DNA of 64,000 nt from an uncultured Nitrososphaeraceae archaeon (GTDB lineage Archaea; Thermoproteota; Nitrososphaeria; Nitrososphaerales; Nitrososphaeraceae), in NCBI GenBank assembly GCA_963825865.1, contig CAWGVG010000022.1:42050-106049 (forward strand). The letters are read 5' to 3'. This document shows positions 58,018-64,000 of the stretch, piece by piece. Under the pieces are notes generated by a model. That model worked only from the letters and a program-made list of their open reading frames with translations, had not been told where the DNA came from and made no database searches. The stretch's first letter is position 1. The number at the start of each line of letters is the position of its first letter. Position numbers and translations under genes: made by a program.

Positions 58018-58335
58018 TTAATTGTGTTTTAGCTCTACAATCAAACCATCGAGCTCTTTGGTAGTCATTATCTTTGAGACTTCAGCTGCTAATTGGGGCT
58101 CCTTGACTTTATCAACTATTCGTGCAGTACCTTCGTATGTATCATGCTTTAGTGTAAACAACACCCGTGGGTCGTGGATAATATTTTGAACCCAATGTGC
58201 ACGCTCTAGGAGCTCTGACATTATATAATATCTTTTATTATATTGTACAAACCAAATCTCTATTCTATGCTGTTTGCCTGTCTTCCATCCCTTAGTAGTT
58301 AAATAGAGAAACTGTGGATTAGGATGAGATCCCAT
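58018..58335 (-). CDS. Deazaflavin-dependent nitroreductase (DDN)-like protein
   Basis: LYLTTKGWKTGKQHRIEIWF, AHWVQNI..DPRV. Confidence 0.82.
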   Translation of the reverse strand: MGSHPNPQFLYLTTKGWKTGKQHRIEIWFVQYNKRYYIMSELLERAHWVQNIIHDPRVLFTLKHDTYEGTARIVDKVKEPQLAAEVSKIMTTKELDGLIVELKHN

Positions 58336-58610
58336 GCTTTTGTAATAGGTTTAAAGCTATAAGACATTTGCCATACTCAAAAGGTTAAGAGGACGAAGCT
58401 CTAACTACTTCAGACTTTTCTTCAACTACATCAATTGGTTTAATACATATTATATAATCAGAAAAAAGCTACGGTGACTTTTTTGGGCAATTGAACGGAC
58501 AAACTAGTGATAGTCTGTTTCAACTTTCACTAGTTTGTATTCTCTGTATATTGCCTACAGCTACTTTTACTTTGAATACTATTTGCTCATCTCTATAAGA
58601 AAAAGTTTGA

Positions 58611-59459
58611 TTAGGCTGTATTCTTATCTGCATAGAGTTTGTAGAGTTGTCCGGTCTGACTGTTAACGTATTTCCACTGTTCAATACTAAATTTGACTTC
58701 TTTGAACTTAGTTCTCATTTGAGGGTTCAAAGTGTTATAGATATCTTCTCCTATAGTAATTGTATTTGCATAGGTCAATGAAGTTATTTTTGCAGATATG
58801 TTCATAGAATAGCCAAGAATATCAATCAGGGAGCTTTTATCATGTCCATACTGGACAATTACACTCTCTCCCTCATCTAGACCAATTTTGACTTTGAGTT
58901 CTGGATATTCATATTGATTTAGTATTGGATTAATTCCTTTTTCGATTACGGTTATCATAGATTTTGCACATCGTACCGCCACATCGCAGGCAAGCAATTT
59001 GTTATAGATAGATGGAAAGAAAGCAATTACGGCATCTCCTACATATTTTAATACATAGCCTTCATGGCTCTGTACTATGTAAGACATTTCATATAGAAAT
59101 GCTCGAATTATGGTAACCATTTTATTAACTGGCAAAGTCATGCTCATCTTGGTTGAGCCAGCTAAATCAGCATACATGATCGCAAGTGGAATCTTTGAGT
59201 TTATATAATTAATGAGAAACTCTTGAGCAGGTTTTAAGTTTGACTCATATTGATAACGCCTTTTCAATGCTCTCGACAACCTTTCCTGAGTTTGAGCCAC
59301 AAGTGTTTCTGAATTAACCGCCCCTGCCATTGGCTTCTTAGGACGATCACCTTCAGTCATAATTATATTAGCAGTTGGTTTAGCATTTTGCTCATCTGTC
59401 CTTTTTTTCCACTTTTCTGAATTTTGTTTCTGGTCTACACTAGCTGCTTTATCGGGCAA
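58611..59459 (-). CDS. Class III adenylate cyclase
   Basis: MYADLAGST, LKYVGDAV, KIGLDEG, DILGYSMNISAK. Confidence 0.9.
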   Translation of the reverse strand: MPDKAASVDQKQNSEKWKKRTDEQNAKPTANIIMTEGDRPKKPMAGAVNSETLVAQTQERLSRALKRRYQYESNLKPAQEFLINYINSKIPLAIMYADLAGSTKMSMTLPVNKMVTIIRAFLYEMSYIVQSHEGYVLKYVGDAVIAFFPSIYNKLLACDVAVRCAKSMITVIEKGINPILNQYEYPELKVKIGLDEGESVIVQYGHDKSSLIDILGYSMNISAKITSLTYANTITIGEDIYNTLNPQMRTKFKEVKFSIEQWKYVNSQTGQLYKLYADKNTA

Positions 59460-59628
59460 ATGGCAATTCTATTTTAATAATCATTGGTAAGATTTAAACA
59501 TCATCGGGTCAAACATTTGTAACTAAAAATGTCTGCCACGCTAATCGACTATAGATGGCAATTTAGATCATCTAAGATTAACAACTATTTTTTAGTATAT
59601 AGATGAAATGATATAGAAGGATTGCAAA

Positions 59629-60917
59629 ATGAGGACATCTAAGAAGAGAATAGTTATACTTGGAGCAGGCTACGCGGGAATATTTTTAGCCACCAACATT
59701 GCTCGATATGTAACAGAGAAATCAGGCGAAGTAATACTCATTGATAGAAATCCTTATCATCAGTTGCTTCAAGAGATTCATTTAGTAGCGGCAGGTTTCA
59801 GAACAGCAGATGAAGTAAAAATTCCAATTCTAACATTAATAGATCGAATGAATATAAAATTCATTCAATCTATCATAAAACAAATAATGCCAGATAAAAA
59901 TCTGGTTGCATTAGAATCGACTGAAATTAACTATGATCTTCTTATTGTATGTTTAGGCGCTTCTACAAAGTATTTTGATATTAAAGGAGCGAGAGAAAAT
60001 ACTTTACCGTTACGCTCTATTTCTGACGCTTCATTGATCTATGAGAAGGTGAGAGCTCTTATAAAATCAGATAAGAAGCATAATATTGTAATTGTGGGAG
60101 GGGGAGCCACAGGTGTGAGCCTTGGCGGAGCACTATCGGATTTTGTAAATGAGAGCAAAAAATCAGATAGTCTTTCTATAACAATTACAGAAGCACTGCC
60201 AACTATCCTCTCAGGATGGGATGAACGATTAGTTAAGAAAGTAAATGAAGTATTACAGGAAAAAGAAATAAGAATAATGACAAGCTCTGGAGTTACTAGA
60301 GTTGAAAATGATGGGTGGCGGTAGTAGTATTTATCTTGGTGATAGCGGATCAAAAATTCATTCATCCCTTATTATTTGGACTGCAGGAGTTAAAGGCTAT
60401 GATATACCAATAAGTCCAGAAGTTGAAAAAACTAAAGATGGCAAAATAATTCTAAATGAATTCTGTCAGATTGGTCGCTATCCAAACATATTTTCAATCG
60501 GCGATATAGCCGCAGTGAAAGATGAGAATGGTAAATTATACCCGCCTTTAGCTCAGATTGCAGTTAGAGAAGCAAAATATCTTTCAAAACTTATACCCAA
60601 ATACGTTATTACTAATCATGCTGATTTAAGCTCATTTACCACTGGTTGAAAAATTCCAATATAATATCAAGGTACAATTAATCTCCTTAGGAAATGATGA
60701 CTATGTAGGATTGTTTAACACCCATGTGATAAGCGGCAACCTTGCAAAGTTGGTGGAGGAATTTTCAATGAGTGCATATATCAATACACTCGAAAGTGGT
60801 GGAAGAGATATTATGAATACAAGTTTATATGGAGACGACATATTTTCACACCTAGTATCCGGAATAACCTTTGCACGTTTCACCTTCATGAAATGGTTAG
60901 AAAAAAAGACATCGTAG
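59629..60917 (+). CDS. NDH-2-like NAD(P)/FAD-dependent oxidoreductase (frameshifted)
   Basis: ILGAGYAG, YDLLIVCLGA, VGGGATG, IWTAGV, IFSIGD, PPLAQIA. Confidence 0.88.
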
Positions 60918-61289
60918 GCTGACAAATATTGGCAATATCTACCTGCTACTCCAAAAAGCCAACTGTAACCCTATTATACAGACCAGAATAGGGGACATTA
61001 TAGAGGATAAGAATTGCCTCTACATATATTGTGATTGTTGTCATCACCATGCAATCTCCCCTTCGATGTATAATCACTACTTCGAAAATGAGCAACTATT
61101 AAATCGGATAATCTGGCAGCACAATCTTCATTATGTTAAAACAGAACAAAACAATATAACCATACGTTGTCTATTTCAAGATTCTATTTACGAACCTTGC
61201 TTTGATACGTAACCTAAGTCATTTTTGCAAAGTAATATATATATAGAAATGTCTTTTTGTCAATATTTGTATATGCACTAGGAGATCTT

Positions 61290-61646
61290 TCATCCTTCAA
61301 ATCCCCAGCTTGATTTTTTAAAAGGCACAATCTTTACATAATCCTTTCCGCGTAATATCCCAGCAATTCCTTTAATCTCCACACCCCTTGGCGTCCAAGG
61401 ATTGACTGAGACCAAATCGTCTACCACAAACGCCACTTTGTTATTTTGTAGTATGTTTCGAAACTTTAGACTATTTTTGAGGTTCCATCCTCCAAAGTAT
61501 AGGTAGCTTCCATCAAACTCGAAAGCTACAGGTACTACATGAGGTTGCATATTTGAAGAGACAGTGGCAATTCTACCCAGTCGTTGTTCCTTCAGAAAAG
61601 TCGATTCCTTTTCGCTGAACCTTACAGCATCAATCTCTTTCGGCAT
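61290..61646 (-). CDS. PPOX-class F420-dependent oxidoreductase
   Basis: QRLGRIATV...QPHVVPV, KFRNI..N.KVAFVVDDLVSVNPWTPRGVEIKG. Confidence 0.88.
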   Translation of the reverse strand: MPKEIDAVRFSEKESTFLKEQRLGRIATVSSNMQPHVVPVAFEFDGSYLYFGGWNLKNSLKFRNILQNNKVAFVVDDLVSVNPWTPRGVEIKGIAGILRGKDYVKIVPFKKSSWGFEG

Positions 61647-61862
61647 TGAAATTTTTCGTTATTTCCAAATGGCTAAAGGTAGTACGTAAACATTTAGAGC
61701 GTATGTTTACGACAATGACTTCACAAATAACTTTTCTCCTAGGTGATCGACGGTATCTTCATCGTTGCACTTTTAGCCATGCTCAAGTTACAATAGCTTC
61801 TGTCTTTTCCTCCACTGGTGTTACTGTTTATAATTAAAAGCTTACTATTGACTTACACATAA

Positions 61863-62342
61863 CTATACTGAATCACTCATCCTTTCATTATAGTCCCATT
61901 CATACATACTGACTGGTTCAATTTCAATTGCAACTTCATTTTGGAGATGTGTTTCAGATAACAATAACTTATATAATCTTGATGTTTCTTTTCCCTTGCA
62001 GTATTTTTGTACTAGCATGCGAAGAATATCTTCACCTCTATCTTTTAGTATTGATGCATTACCGTAACCTCTAATACCACGATAGGGAAAACGATCTCCT
62101 GCAATCTCAAAGCCACATTTTGGAGAATATCTTAGATATCTTATTATCTTGGATTTATTTTGTGTAGCACAATAAAATTTCTCATCAATGTATACATACC
62201 ATAATGAGACAACCCTAGGATAATCTGAAGTAGATAGGCAGGCCAATCGTATGGGTATATTGCTATCTATCAAATATTGAATCGTATTCTTACTATTCAC
62301 AACATTCCATTTGTATTTACATATACTTGAATTTGAACTCAT
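61863..62342 (-). CDS. Pyridoxamine 5'-phosphate oxidase-like protein
   Basis: IPIRLAC....YPRVVSLWY, CGFEIA....PYRGIRG.G, WDY..RM. Confidence 0.8.
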   Translation of the reverse strand: MSSNSSICKYKWNVVNSKNTIQYLIDSNIPIRLACLSTSDYPRVVSLWYVYIDEKFYCATQNKSKIIRYLRYSPKCGFEIAGDRFPYRGIRGYGNASILKDRGEDILRMLVQKYCKGKETSRLYKLLLSETHLQNEVAIEIEPVSMYEWDYNERMSDSV

Positions 62343-62680
62343 TGTTCTGTCTGCTGCTCTGCTTATGCGGTCATACTAAGATTTATGGAGTTGGTTCGTT
62401 GGAGAACAGCTTGTTATGTCACAATATCCTCAACATCTTTATCTTATCAAAGCTCGTTGCCTATTCATCGACCGTTCCTATCAATGGAAATCTTTGAGCT
62501 TCTTTTGACGTGACCTACAGGTAGATGTTATTAGTGGTATTATTTTCTTATAGAAATCCTGGTTTTCTAGTACTGAAAGCAGCTCCGAATCATAGACTTG
62601 ACGCACCCTGCCCCTAAAAAGCGATTCTAAGAAATTCACTTATACTAGAGTACGACGATAATAATATTGTAATTTCACAT

Positions 62681-63280
62681 ATGTCAAATATTGATGTTTC
62701 AAGCCGATCAACACCCTCCAATCCATTTACACAATTAATATCAGACTTTAGGGGTAAGAATCTTCCATCTGAACAGATTGAAGCCGATTACAATAATACT
62801 CTAAACTATCCTAACAACTATTTCATCGCACCTGAAAGTTGGCATGAATGCTTCTATACTACATCTAGAAAGAACATGCTTTCACTTAGCAGAGGAATCG
62901 AGAACATAGTCAGAGTAAAACCACCATTTAACAGATATGCATTGTTATCTTTGTTTCAAAGGGTCAGCAATTTCAATGATGTAAAGGATCAATATATCTC
63001 GATCGCGCCACTTACAAAGAAGCTGTATTTGATAGGAGGAAGAGAACTGGCTGGTGGGATTAGATTGCCGCCCAATGCTGAGATCATTGATAGCACTGGT
63101 TCTGGTTTGGAAAAGAATTGGGTGATTATTGTACTTGCTCAAGACGAGGGCTGCGCCTTAATTGCCGAAGAATTCGAAGCTGGAAGATACCGAGGATTCT
63201 TTACCACGAATCGGAGTCTTGCCATCAGATGTATGGGAGTTCTAAAAGGCCTGCTAAGTATAAAAGAAGTGGATATTTGA
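62681..63280 (+). CDS. Stand-alone DICT sensory domain protein
   Basis: SRKNMLSLSRGIE, FQRVSNF....Y..IA, LEKNWVIIV, CALIAEE, YRGFFT match the DICT pattern. Confidence 0.75.
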   Translation: MSNIDVSSRSTPSNPFTQLISDFRGKNLPSEQIEADYNNTLNYPNNYFIAPESWHECFYTTSRKNMLSLSRGIENIVRVKPPFNRYALLSLFQRVSNFNDVKDQYISIAPLTKKLYLIGGRELAGGIRLPPNAEIIDSTGSGLEKNWVIIVLAQDEGCALIAEEFEAGRYRGFFTTNRSLAIRCMGVLKGLLSIKEVDI

Positions 63281-63510
63281 TGCATTGCTATACTTTTGTA
63301 TGGCAATTCTTGTAGGTTCTCCTGAAACATGTTTCAGAATTGGCAGTTTTAATGATAAGAGATTTGCAGAAATTTTGTCGTAGTTTTCCTTTATTTGCTA
63401 GGATATTATTATTATTATTGTTTGATATTTCAATCCCTTCTACTCTGTCAACAAATGTAGAGCCGTCTGATCCCATATACAAGTCATAGCTGACTCTATG
63501 GTCTTTATTT

Positions 63511-63798
63511 CTATATGAAAGTAGTATTAGAGGAGATAGTCCCTGTATGCAAAGGATACTTATCTTTGGATTTGGGTTTCTCTAATTTATTCAGCAATTC
63601 ATAACTTGTATCAAGGAAAGCAATAGCTTTCTTTAGAAATCCTTTGAGTTCTGGTATTTCTCTTGGATGTATTCCATAGGATTTGTTGTCATCATCCCAT
63701 TTTAGAAAGTAGTTACCAATTTCTATTCTTGGCTTCTCATAATCTTTAAGTATAAAGTGTTCCTTCAATATAAATTCTGAAATATCCAATAATATCAA
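63511..63798 (-). CDS. Hypothetical protein (possibly fragment)
   Basis: 95-aa ORF. No motif recognised. Confidence 0.3.
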   Translation of the reverse strand: MILLDISEFILKEHFILKDYEKPRIEIGNYFLKWDDDNKSYGIHPREIPELKGFLKKAIAFLDTSYELLNKLEKPKSKDKYPLHTGTISSNTTFI

Positions 63799-64000
63799 AT
63801 GTTCTTCACATGAATATTAAACTAAAAGTTCAAGTACATAATAGTCGAACGCTATTACATGCAGTTCTAAACCCTACCATCATATAGATATAATGATAAC
63901 TTGTTTAAGCGAAAAAACTTAAACTAGCATAGCGACAGATTAAAGTAAAATCTACTTTTAGCATCGATACCAGCACTAATGCGACCCAACCTAAGTATTT

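Overview
This is an AT-rich archaeal window. Its gene content suggests a soil ammonia-oxidising archaeon of the Nitrososphaeraceae (inference): thaumarchaeal-type P-II and DUF1059 proteins, many F420-dependent LLM/PPOX enzymes, bluB, a sufB-sufD-Rieske-sufS-sufU cluster, receiver-only response regulators and a KaiC-like ATPase. Many genes, including housekeeping ones, are split by single-base indels. These look like uncorrected long-read errors, so reconstructed boundaries are approximate. Between the intact genes lies a dense litter of short gene fragments, IS relics and virus/plasmid-like relics. The main candidates for novelty are: (1) an accessory beta-alpha 20S proteasome operon at 19.35-20.63 kb, with an apparently propeptide-less, HslV-like MTTIV beta subunit that keeps Thr1/Asp17/Lys33 and an alpha subunit that has lost the YD-P-Y gate residues; (2) three arrays of short repeats spaced about one helical turn apart (22.58, 46.08 and 51.79 kb), each beside a mobile-element-like relic; (3) a KaiC / histidine kinase / adenylate cyclase / DICT signalling island. 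No rRNA, intact tRNA or CRISPR array was seen. All family assignments are by eye, without database searches.
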